From positions 6,972 through 70,971 of the forward strand of contig JAGGSN010000187.1 in the NCBI GenBank assembly GCA_021159005.1: a stretch of 64,000 bases of DNA. The letters are read 5' to 3'. Origin of the DNA: Candidatus Zixiibacteriota bacterium (GTDB lineage: Bacteria; Zixibacteria; MSB-5A5; UBA10806; 4484-95). Shown here one piece after another: positions 20,243 through 28,219 of the stretch (position 1 is its first letter; each line of letters starts with the position of its first letter). The translations under genes were made by a program, and so were the position numbers. A model generated the notes under the pieces. That model did no database searches. It saw only the letters and a program-made list of their open reading frames with translations, and was not told the origin of the DNA.

Positions 20243-21535
20243 ATGATTCAGCGCTATACATTGCCGGAGATGGGGGCGCTCTGGACTGATGAAAACAGGT
20301 TCGCAACCTGGCTTAAGGTGGAAATCGCTGTTTGCGAGGCTTGGGCTAAGCTTGGCAAGATTCCAAAATCGGCGGTTGTTGATATTAAGAAGAAAGCCAA
20401 TTTTAATATCGAGAGAATCTTCGAAATCGAAGAAGAAACCCATCATGATGTAATAGCCTTTTTAACCAGCGTGGCTGAATTTGTCGGACCTAATTCCAAA
20501 TATATCCATTACGGTTTGACATCATCTGATATATTGGATATTTCCCTGTCGATTACAATCCAGAAAGCGGCTTTGCTTATCAGGAAAAGGCTGGTTAAGA
20601 TTACCTCTTTACTTAAGAAGATGGCTAAACGTCATACCAATACAATCTGTATAGGCAGAACTCATGGCGTGCATGCCGAGCCGATGACATTTGGTCTGAA
20701 GATGGCGTTATGGTATTCCGAACTGGCAAGAGGAATCGAACGGTTCGATTTTGCTGTTAAGGAAATGGCTGTCGGCAAAGTATCCGGCGCGGTTGGCAAT
20801 TTTGCTCATGTTGACCCTCGAATAGAACAATATGTCTGCCGCAAGTTCAAACTTAAACCGGCTAAAGTTTCCACGCAGGTTATCCAGAGAGACCGTCATG
20901 CCGACTTATTGAATGCTATAGCGGTAATAGGCGGGTCGCTGGAGAAATTCGCAATTGAGATAAGAGGGCTTCAGCGAACCGAGATTGGCGAACTTGAGGA
21001 AGGATTTGCCAAAAAGCAGAAAGGTTCCTCGGCGATGCCGCATAAGAAAAACCCGATTACCTGCGAGAGAATCACCGGACTGGCGCGTATTTTCAGAGCC
21101 AATGCTATAGCCGGCATGGAAAACCAAGCGCTATGGCATGAACGCGACATCTCTCATTCATCGGTTGAACGCATTATTATCCCTGATTCCTGCATCCTTA
21201 TGGATTATGCGCTGTTCAAATTTGAGGGTATTCTTAAGGGTTTGGTTATCAACAAAAAGCGGATGAAGGAAAATGTTTATTCGGGCGGCGGTTTAGTATT
21301 TTCTCAGAGGGTTTTGCTGGCGCTTATCTCGAAGATGCCAAGCAGGGAAGAGGCATACAAAACAGTCCAGACCTTGGCGATGAAAGCCCGCAATACAGGC
21401 GGAAGCTTTTACGACCTTGTTAGCGGCTCATCGGAAATAGGCGGATTTTTATCCGAGAAGGAGATTGAAGATTGTTTCGATGTTGGTTATTTTACTAAAA
21501 AATCGGATTACATAATTAGAAGGGCGGTGAGATAA
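20243..21535 (+). CDS. purB: adenylosuccinate lyase
   Basis: fumarate lyase signature GSSAMPHKKNP; N-terminus MIQRYTLPEM. Confidence 0.9.
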   Translation: MIQRYTLPEMGALWTDENRFATWLKVEIAVCEAWAKLGKIPKSAVVDIKKKANFNIERIFEIEEETHHDVIAFLTSVAEFVGPNSKYIHYGLTSSDILDISLSITIQKAALLIRKRLVKITSLLKKMAKRHTNTICIGRTHGVHAEPMTFGLKMALWYSELARGIERFDFAVKEMAVGKVSGAVGNFAHVDPRIEQYVCRKFKLKPAKVSTQVIQRDRHADLLNAIAVIGGSLEKFAIEIRGLQRTEIGELEEGFAKKQKGSSAMPHKKNPITCERITGLARIFRANAIAGMENQALWHERDISHSSVERIIIPDSCILMDYALFKFEGILKGLVINKKRMKENVYSGGGLVFSQRVLLALISKMPSREEAYKTVQTLAMKARNTGGSFYDLVSGSSEIGGFLSEKEIEDCFDVGYFTKKSDYIIRRAVR

Positions 21536-22155
21536 TGGCGCGTGAGGGATTTATATTCTTTTTACCATTTGTGGTTATAGCCGTGATATTTTTCTATCTA
21601 TTTAATAGATATACTAACATGGCTTTCATTTACTTGGGTGTTATATCATTTGTTCTTGCCTGCGCATTCATATTGTTTTTCCGCGACCCGGTCAGGAAAA
21701 TACCAGCAGGCGACGATTTGATTGTTTCGCCCGCTGATGGCAAAATATTGAATATCGTTGATACAGGCGACCAAACTGTGATTACAATATTTTTATCGAT
21801 TTTGGATGTTCATATTAACAGGATTCCCGTTAATGGCAAGGTTGTAAGGCTAAAATACAAACCGGGGAAATTCTTAGCCGCTTTTAGAGAAGCCGCTTCC
21901 GATGTTAATGAGCGTTTTGAAATAGAAATATCTACCGATAAGGGTAATGTAACAGTTCACCAGATTGCCGGTGTTTTGGCAAGGCGCGTTGTTTGCCGTC
22001 TTAAGGATAATCAAACCGTTGTCAAGGGCGACAGGTTTGGCATGATACGATTTGGCAGCAGGGTGGATTTGTTTATTCCCGGCTCATCGCGAGTTGATGT
22101 TAAAAAAGGGGATAAGGTTAAAGGCGGCGAAACTATAATGGGGAAATTGCTTTGA
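21535..22155 (+). CDS. psd: phosphatidylserine decarboxylase proenzyme (short form)
   Basis: FGSRVD cleavage/pyruvoyl motif; adjacent to pssA. Confidence 0.8.
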   Translation: MAREGFIFFLPFVVIAVIFFYLFNRYTNMAFIYLGVISFVLACAFILFFRDPVRKIPAGDDLIVSPADGKILNIVDTGDQTVITIFLSILDVHINRIPVNGKVVRLKYKPGKFLAAFREAASDVNERFEIEISTDKGNVTVHQIAGVLARRVVCRLKDNQTVVKGDRFGMIRFGSRVDLFIPGSSRVDVKKGDKVKGGETIMGKLL

Positions 22156-22916
22156 ATGGTTATCGTCAAATATTTCCGGGGTTATTTACGATGGGCAATC
22201 TGTTTTGCGGGTATGCCTCGATATTAGCCAGCATGCGCGGCGAGAATTTAACCGAAGCCGCTTGGCTGATTATTTTTGCCGCATTTTTCGATTTTCTCGA
22301 TGGCTTAGTTGCCCGCTTATCGAAAGGCGCCTCGCGTTTTGGTGTAGAGCTTGATTCCTTAGCCGATATTGTTTCGTTTGCGGTTGCTCCGGCAGTCCTG
22401 CTTTATTCATTCAAGATGATAGAATTCGGTAATTGGGGCTGGTTTATAGGCTTCTCTTTCATCATGGCGGGCGCTTATCGTTTGGCAAGATATAATCTTG
22501 ATGCAAAGATTGAAACCAAAGGCAATTTCCTTGGCTTACCGGTGCCGATTGCAGCGATTGCTATCGCCTCATTTGTGATATTTTGCGACCATCTGTGGGG
22601 CGAAATAAGACTTGACCGATTCCTGTTAATTATGATAATACTGTTTTCAGCGCTGATGGTATCGACTATTGAATATGAAACAATGCCCCGGTTCGATTTT
22701 TCAATCAAAAAGAACCGGATTAAGATGATTATATTGGTAAGCGCTGGGATGCTTTTGATGATTAAAACGCGGCTTTTGATGTTTCCGTTTGTTGCCGGCT
22801 ACATAATATGGGGAATTGTAAAATTGCTTGCCAGCTTAATAGAAAAAGGCGTTCATAATGATGATGATAATCAGTCTGAAAAATCATTGAAAAAGAATAA
22901 AAGCGCAGAGGAGTAG
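22152..22916 (+). CDS. pssA: CDP-diacylglycerol--serine O-phosphatidyltransferase
   Basis: CDP-alcohol phosphatidyltransferase motif DFLDGLVAR…G…D…D. Confidence 0.8.
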   Translation: MNGYRQIFPGLFTMGNLFCGYASILASMRGENLTEAAWLIIFAAFFDFLDGLVARLSKGASRFGVELDSLADIVSFAVAPAVLLYSFKMIEFGNWGWFIGFSFIMAGAYRLARYNLDAKIETKGNFLGLPVPIAAIAIASFVIFCDHLWGEIRLDRFLLIMIILFSALMVSTIEYETMPRFDFSIKKNRIKMIILVSAGMLLMIKTRLLMFPFVAGYIIWGIVKLLASLIEKGVHNDDDNQSEKSLKKNKSAEE

Positions 22917-23168
22917 ATGAGTAAATATACGGCAAAAGTTGAAGTCAAATTTAAAAGCGGAGTTTTAGACCCTCAGGGGGAAACTATTAAAAATGCGCTG
23001 TACAACCTTGATTACAACATGGTTGAATCTGTTAAAACCGGCAAAGTGTTTTGGATAGATTTGGAATCGGATTCAACCTCGAAAGCTTTGAAAACAGTAA
23101 ATGAATTAACCGATAAGCTTTTGGCGAATCCGATAATCGAGAAATTTGAGGTGGAGATAGAGAAATGA
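22917..23168 (+). CDS. purS: phosphoribosylformylglycinamidine synthase subunit PurS
   Basis: 83 aa, [15 protein letters not shown] PurS fold. Confidence 0.85.
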   Translation: MSKYTAKVEVKFKSGVLDPQGETIKNALYNLDYNMVESVKTGKVFWIDLESDSTSKALKTVNELTDKLLANPIIEKFEVEIEK

Positions 23169-23857
23169 AATTCGGCGTGGTTATATTCCCGGGTTCCAAT
23201 TGCGATTATGATTCGTATCAGGCGGTTAAATCAACCGGCATCGGCGAGGTGCAATATCTTTGGCATGCCGATAAATCGCTTGATGGTGTTGATGTGGTGA
23301 TCCTTCCCGGCGGCTTTTCATACGGCGATTACCTTCGTTCGGGAGCTATTGCGCGCTTTTCGCCGATTATGAAATCGGTAATCGATTTCGCCAATAATGG
23401 CGGCGCAGTAATAGGTATTTGCAACGGTTTCCAAGTGCTTTTGGAGGCGGGATTACTTCCTGGGGCTATGCGTAAAAATTTGGGAATGAGGTTTGTCTGT
23501 CAGGATGTTTACCTGAATGTTGCCAACCGCGATACGAGATTTACTAAAAACTGCCCGGACGAGAAGCTTCTCAAAATCCCCATCGCTCATGCTGAGGGGA
23601 ATTATTTTGCCGATGAAGATACTATAAATGAACTTAATGAAACTAATCGCATTTTATTCAGGTATTGTAATAAGGATGGCGAAATTACCGAAGAGGCCAA
23701 TCCTAATGGGGCTCAGCAAAATATCGCCGGAATTATCAATAAGGAGGGCAATGTGCTGGGCATGATGCCTCATCCGGAAAGAGCTTGTGATATGCTATTA
23801 GGTTCGCAGGATGGACGGTTTATTTTCGAATCAGTTGCAGGAGAGCAGGATAAATGA
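23165..23857 (+). CDS. purQ: phosphoribosylformylglycinamidine synthase glutaminase subunit PurQ
   Basis: [19 protein letters not shown] catalytic Cys, HPE near C-terminus. Confidence 0.9.
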   Translation: MKFGVVIFPGSNCDYDSYQAVKSTGIGEVQYLWHADKSLDGVDVVILPGGFSYGDYLRSGAIARFSPIMKSVIDFANNGGAVIGICNGFQVLLEAGLLPGAMRKNLGMRFVCQDVYLNVANRDTRFTKNCPDEKLLKIPIAHAEGNYFADEDTINELNETNRILFRYCNKDGEITEEANPNGAQQNIAGIINKEGNVLGMMPHPERACDMLLGSQDGRFIFESVAGEQDK

Positions 23858-24120
23858 AAAAGAGGGAAGTGGTGTTTTTGACTGTCGCCTTAGTGTTAGG
23901 CGCTGTTATTGGCGGACTGTTAGGCGAACTAATCGGCTCTTTTCTGCCGGATGGAGCGGTTAAAACGCTGTTTATTGAATCGATTGAGATAGGCTTCAAG
24001 ACGTTTACTGTGGAACTTTATGCTCTCAGTTTTACGCTTGGATTAATGGTAAAAATAAATTTTGTTTCTGTCTTGATGATTATTTTTGTTATTGTATATT
24101 TCAGATGGTGGTATATTTAG
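23854..24120 (+). CDS. DUF4321-like small membrane protein
   Basis: 88 aa, two TM helices, [13 protein letters not shown] motif. Confidence 0.55.
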   Translation: MKKREVVFLTVALVLGAVIGGLLGELIGSFLPDGAVKTLFIESIEIGFKTFTVELYALSFTLGLMVKINFVSVLMIIFVIVYFRWWYI

Positions 24121-24131
24121 AGAAGCGTTGT

Positions 24132-24192
24132 TGTCAGAAGTAACTTTTGACAACACAATAAAAAAGGCGGTTGTCAGAAGTAACTTTTGACC
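24132..24192 (+). promoter_or_regulatory. tandem operator-like palindromes TGTCAGAAGTAACTTTTGACA (two copies, 40-bp period) upstream of tatA
   Basis: read directly; TGTCA-N11-TGACA inverted repeat twice; second copy overlaps a TTGACC -35-like hexamer. Confidence 0.4.
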
Positions 24193-24210
24193 GTACGTAA
24201 GATATGAGAG

Positions 24211-24453
24211 GTGAATATGTTTGATTATATACTGATTGGCACGCCTGGCCCGACAGAACTGATTGTTATTCTATTGTTGGTTCTGGTATTATTCGGCGCC
24301 AAACGAATCCCGGAAATCGCTCAGGGATTAGGCAAAGGAATCCGCGAGTTTAAAAAGTCGATGAGCGACATTCAGGGCGAAATAGAATCCCCCGAAAAGG
24401 AGAAGAAGGCAGACCAACCATCAGAGAAAAAAGAAGACGACAAAAATGGCTGA
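24211..24453 (+). CDS. tatA: twin-arginine translocase TatA/E family subunit
   Basis: MFDYILIGTPGPTELIVILLLVLVLFGAKRIPEIAQGLGKGIREFKKS canonical TatA. Confidence 0.85.
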   Translation: MNMFDYILIGTPGPTELIVILLLVLVLFGAKRIPEIAQGLGKGIREFKKSMSDIQGEIESPEKEKKADQPSEKKEDDKNG

Positions 24454-24904
24454 GAATAATCAACGCCCGATTTTTACTGAAAACGCTATTCAAGCTATAG
24501 CCAAAGTTCTCAACAACGCCGAAGTCTCAAGCCTTCAGGACCACTGGCGAATCAAGGTGGTTAATCCGCAGGAGCATCGGCACCTGTCGATAGATATTTA
24601 TCCCCGGGCGAGTCTATCAAAGAAAAAGAAGGGCGCTTTGGTTTCAGTTTATGCCCTTAACAGCCATTTACAGCTTCATGAGTGCCGCGGTTTTATTATC
24701 TCTGATGAACTTGGCGAGGTTACTTTTATAAGCCATGCCGATAGCACACTCAGCGGTTTGGTTATCGAAAGGGAAGCTGCCTGTTCGCTCTATGCCAATG
24801 CCGACAAAGACCTGCTCTCGGATGATTTCACTCAACTCGGTGTCGAGGTGATGCTATCCGGCGTCGCTCTATCGTTAGCCGAGGAAATAATTGATAATAA
24901 ATAA
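24446..24904 (+). CDS. hypothetical protein, translationally coupled to tatA
   Basis: ATG overlaps tatA stop by 8 nt; 152 aa soluble, no recognisable domain. Confidence 0.45.
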   Translation: MAENNQRPIFTENAIQAIAKVLNNAEVSSLQDHWRIKVVNPQEHRHLSIDIYPRASLSKKKKGALVSVYALNSHLQLHECRGFIISDELGEVTFISHADSTLSGLVIEREAACSLYANADKDLLSDDFTQLGVEVMLSGVALSLAEEIIDNK

Positions 24905-24917
24905 TTAATAATTTTGT

Positions 24918-24949
24918 GGCTGGTGTGCATCACCGTGCGCCAGTTTTTA
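24918..24949 (+). terminator. family-A repeat variant followed by T-run, acting as intrinsic terminator
   Basis: GGCTGGTGTGCATCACCGTGCGCCAG + TTTTTAT 14 nt after the stop codon. Confidence 0.5.
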
Positions 24950-25238
24950 TGATATGCTGTCAGGTGCGGGGACATGACAGCGCTTGAAAATCATTTAAAG
25001 CTATTAATTAATATCACTGAATAGTCAGGAGTCGGAGACTCCTGACCTACTTCCTAAATATATAGTGAGTGCAAGGTAATTTTAAATATCAAATCTCACT
25101 CAGTTATCGCAGGTTGGGTTCTCCACCCCAGGCGGATGAGTGGAGCGAACGAGCGGACGAAGTCCTTTATTCAACCCGACACCTCTCACAACAATATAAT
25201 ATTTTTTCCTTTAGTAAAATCCCTATCATAATCGAAAT

Positions 25239-25269
25239 GTCGGGTTTCTCCCGTTGGTCGGAACCCGAC
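25239..25269. repeat. family-D hairpin repeat (GTCGGGTT…AACCCGAC)
   Basis: gtcgggtttctcccgttggtcggaacccgac; related copies 27812-27857 and 28054-28091; half-sites at 78-90 and 1630-1645. Confidence 0.6.
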
Positions 25270-25299
25270 CTGCTCTACTATAACAGATTGTGTGATAAC

Positions 25300-25413
25300 G
25301 GAAAACAAAAGAAACTCGCACTGACAGCATGTATGAAAAAACTCCTCTTGATAATACGGAGCATGCTAATTAACAAAACAACCTTTAATCCTGAAATAAA
25401 TAGCTTGACTTGA
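25300..25413 (+). pseudogene. IS110-family transposase C-terminal remnant
   Basis: NGKQKKLALTACMKKLLLIIRSMLINKTTFNPEI resembles the conserved C-terminus of IS110/IS1111 transposases; no N-terminal DEDD domain present upstream. Confidence 0.4.
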
Positions 25414-25428
25414 AAGACGGTATCTACA

Positions 25429-25455
25429 AAGCTGGTGTACGTCCTCGTGTAGCTT
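25429..25455. repeat. family-A hairpin repeat, diverged copy, immediately 3' of the IS110 remnant and flanking the GIY-YIG gene
   Basis: aagctggtgtacgtcctcgtgtagctt. Confidence 0.6.
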
Positions 25456-25458
25456 ATG

Positions 25459-25863
25459 CTATTTATGAATATTCCATGATTTCTGAGGCAACGTTGCTAT
25501 TATTGCATTTTCGAGTCCGTTGATCATATCGATTTCCAAACCGCTACTATACTGCCTATTTTCGGATGGTTTCCATGCCAGAATCTTTACCTTTTTATTC
25601 TCTCTAAGAGCTTGTTTAATCAATTCCGCAATCCGTTCATTAGTCCCAGCGCCTATCATTCCTTGGTATCGTCCCATGCGGTCCTTCAAAGTAGTTGTTG
25701 AACTTTGACACGCACCGACATACATGACTTCATCATTAACCAAAAAAGCATAAATAACTCTATCATCTTTGCTTTTATTTAGACTAAAACGTACGCCACT
25801 GCTCAAGTTTTCATCTAATAAACATTCACCAACTTCATTAAATTCAAGTCCTGATATTTCCAT
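25459..25863 (-). CDS. small GIY-YIG-like nuclease family protein
   Basis: RVIYAFLVNDEVMYVGACQSS…R…NERIAE fits GIY-(10)-YVG…R…E pattern; 134 aa. Confidence 0.5.
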   Translation of the reverse strand: MEISGLEFNEVGECLLDENLSSGVRFSLNKSKDDRVIYAFLVNDEVMYVGACQSSTTTLKDRMGRYQGMIGAGTNERIAELIKQALRENKKVKILAWKPSENRQYSSGLEIDMINGLENAIIATLPQKSWNIHK

Positions 25864-25893
25864 AAAACCTCCTGAAAATGGTAGTTATTTTGT

Positions 25894-25920
25894 GGCTGGT
25901 GTACGTCCCCGTGCACCAGC
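25894..25920. repeat. family-A hairpin repeat
   Basis: ggctggtgtacgtccccgtgcaccagc. Confidence 0.75.
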
Positions 25921-26052
25921 TATTTTATCGCCGCGGTGAGTCGAACCGAGGCTGAAAGCCTCGGCTATTATATATCCTAATATATTATATACTTCAAGAT
26001 GGTTCATCTCAGGTGAGCCGTATGACTGTAGGGATGCGGTTGCTCTTGGCAA

Positions 26053-26421
26053 CTACCGTTTCGATTTCTTACTCGATGTGTCCTTCTCGCTGTTTTTCTT
26101 TTCGATTTTTTTAACCTTCACCGGCATTTTCTGCTCAATTTTTGGTTTGGGCTTGGGTGGCGCAACCTTCTTGACAGCCGGCGCTTTGCGTTTCTGATAA
26201 TCATCGTTAATTCCATCGCCGTCTTTGTCGATAAACTTATCTTTCACAGGTAAGGCTGCAGCTTTCGATTTCAGTTTTACAGCCGGCGTTTTCTTATCAA
26301 TCTTCTTTTCGATTTTGGTCGAATCTTTTTTGCTTTTCTTAGACACTTTCTGAATAGCAAAAGCCTCCGCACCGCTCATAGCTATGAACAGCGCCAACGT
26401 CAATATAATTACTTTTTTCAT
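26053..26421 (-). CDS. secreted Lys-rich protein with thrombospondin-type-3-like Ca-binding motif
   Basis: signal peptide MKKVIILTLALFIAMSGAEA; DKDGDGINDD; KKSKK low-complexity; start ATG overlaps upstream gene stop (ATGA). Confidence 0.55.
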   Translation of the reverse strand: MKKVIILTLALFIAMSGAEAFAIQKVSKKSKKDSTKIEKKIDKKTPAVKLKSKAAALPVKDKFIDKDGDGINDDYQKRKAPAVKKVAPPKPKPKIEQKMPVKVKKIEKKNSEKDTSSKKSKR

Positions 26422-27782
26422 TTCCTGCCTCTTTCCTTAGAATATTTCGACCCGGATTTGGAGCTTCCGCTTTTTAATTTGTCGCTGGTTTTAGAACGTA
26501 CAGGTTCGGCTTTTTTAGACTCGTTTTTCTTGATATTGTCTGACTTTTTATTATCTGTTTTTTTTACTGAAGTTTGTCCCGAATTCGGTTTTTTCTGCTT
26601 CTGCTTTTTATTTATAATAATATCTTTATCGTCAGAATTCAAGGATTTACTGCTTTTTTCCCGTTTAATCTGATATTCTCTATCTTTTTGGGGATAATTG
26701 TGAATATTATCCTTTTTGTTTTTTTCTTTAAATATTAATCCGCTATTTTGCTTATTAATCTTTTCCGTGTAGGTTCCATCATTAAAAATCCTATCCGAAT
26801 ACTTTTTCTGCACTCTTGATGGCGGAGTATGAAGCGGCCTGGTATGTTTAACTCGATATTTTTCCGCTTCCCTGACAAAACCGGGATCGTTGCGGTGCTT
26901 CTCCTGTTTAAATCTCCAATTTTTCATATTCGAGCGGCCATAATCGAAATCCCGGAATTTTCGTTTAATCTTGGCATCGACATAATATCGCTGACCTCTT
27001 GTTACATAAACATAATCCTGCCAGCAGGGATAGCCATGATAATAAATCCATACCCAGTGACGGCCAATATATATTTCCGGTATAAGAATTGGCGCGATGC
27101 CGAAATAACAGCCGTCAATCCAGATCTCGGCGCCCGGGTAATCACAGCCAATCCAGATACTGCCAATATAATACGGGTCATAACGCCAGTAGCGGTACCA
27201 ACTGTGATGCCGGTAGCGGTTATCGATAAAAAACATCGTCGAGGCGGAAATATAAGACCCATTCCTAACAATTCTATTATTTAGGTCGTTTACGAAAACC
27301 GCCATCTCGCCGCGCATCGTATGAACGAAATCATCATAGTAGCTGTCCCAGTTGCCATACTCAAAATATTCATAACGCATGAATTCGGGAGGGTCAATCC
27401 GGTAGGGGCTGGCAACGGCGTAAATATATTCCTTGCCCTTAGGTCCGGTTACCTCAAGCCGGTAATCATCATAAGCATCGGGGATACGGTAAACCTCTTC
27501 GCCGCGAATAAAACAATCGCTGTTGTAATCGGATGGGAAAAGAAGGCTGACATTGCCGGCTGGATCGATATCATAAATCACCGCATAGCAATCCTCCGAA
27601 GCGCGAAAATAAACAGCCACATCTTCGCCGAAATAATATGTCGCTCCATCGCTTTTATTAACCCAGACATCAATCTCAAGGTTGTCAACCCTGCTGATGC
27701 CGTGTTTCTGGTCGGCGGAGGCGGCAACTGTCATAATTGCGGCCAGCGCTATTACCATTAAATTTCTCAAATGCTTTTTCAT
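26418..27782 (-). CDS. secreted DUF4384/PEGA domain protein with Trp/Tyr-rich region and Lys-rich C-terminal tail
   Basis: signal peptide MKKHLRNLMVIALAAIMTVAASA; PGAEIWIDGCYFGIAP PEGA-like motif; true start at 27782 (the track ORF extends upstream only by reading through repeats). Confidence 0.6.
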   Translation of the reverse strand: MKKHLRNLMVIALAAIMTVAASADQKHGISRVDNLEIDVWVNKSDGATYYFGEDVAVYFRASEDCYAVIYDIDPAGNVSLLFPSDYNSDCFIRGEEVYRIPDAYDDYRLEVTGPKGKEYIYAVASPYRIDPPEFMRYEYFEYGNWDSYYDDFVHTMRGEMAVFVNDLNNRIVRNGSYISASTMFFIDNRYRHHSWYRYWRYDPYYIGSIWIGCDYPGAEIWIDGCYFGIAPILIPEIYIGRHWVWIYYHGYPCWQDYVYVTRGQRYYVDAKIKRKFRDFDYGRSNMKNWRFKQEKHRNDPGFVREAEKYRVKHTRPLHTPPSRVQKKYSDRIFNDGTYTEKINKQNSGLIFKEKNKKDNIHNYPQKDREYQIKREKSSKSLNSDDKDIIINKKQKQKKPNSGQTSVKKTDNKKSDNIKKNESKKAEPVRSKTSDKLKSGSSKSGSKYSKERGRK

Positions 27783-27811
27783 ATCAACCACCTTGTTTAA
27801 TATTATTGTAG

Positions 27812-27857
27812 GTCGGGTTCTCCGCCTAAGGCGGACCGTAGCGGGGAGAAACCCGAC
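27812..27857. repeat. family-D hairpin repeat containing CCGCCTAAGGCGG core
   Basis: ggtcgggttctccgcctaaggcggaccgtagcggggagaaacccgac. Confidence 0.6.
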
Positions 27858-27888
27858 GCCGTTTGCTTTATTATGGTTTGAGGCATGC

Positions 27889-27999
27889 GAGGGCGTATGC
27901 AATACGCCCCTACGCGGAATAGCATGCGAGGGCGTATGCAATACGCCCCTACGCGGAATAATAGCATGCGAGGGCGTATGCAATACGGCCCCTACGCGG
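27889..27999. repeat. three tandem family-B repeats (39-42 bp period), no unique spacers
   Basis: gcatgcgagggcgtatgcaatacgcccctacgcggaata x3. Confidence 0.8.
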
Positions 28000-28011
28000 A
28001 ACAGTAATTGT

Positions 28012-28038
28012 GGCTGGTGTACGTCCTCGTGCACCAGC
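28012..28038. repeat. family-A hairpin repeat
   Basis: ggctggtgtacgtcctcgtgcaccagc then caataagtt. Confidence 0.8.
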
Positions 28039-28053
28039 AATAAGTTATTGTAA

Positions 28054-28091
28054 GTCGGGTTCCGACCCAACGCAGTAGGGGAGAAACCCGA
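28054..28091. repeat. family-D hairpin repeat
   Basis: gtcgggttccgacccaacgcagtaggggagaaacccgat. Confidence 0.55.
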
Positions 28092-28219
28092 TACAACCAC
28101 TTCATTTAACCCGATGCCGCTTGATTTGTTTTCATCTTTCATCATCGCTGCCTTTTTCTACAGCTGGTATCCGCCATTGACGGACACCAACCATATTACC
28201 CTATAAGAAATTATGCCCC

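Noticed and set aside
25069-25299. N-terminal three quarters of track ORF 25069-25413 as part of a transposase
   Set aside because: Only the last ~35 codons resemble an IS110 C-terminus. The upstream part crosses D-family hairpins and has no DEDD motifs, so only a remnant was called.
27889-27999. Possible CRISPR array (regularly repeated ~28-nt palindromic units)
   Set aside because: Repeats are directly abutting with a 39-42 bp period and no unique spacers. The same unit occurs singly elsewhere. No cas genes in the window.
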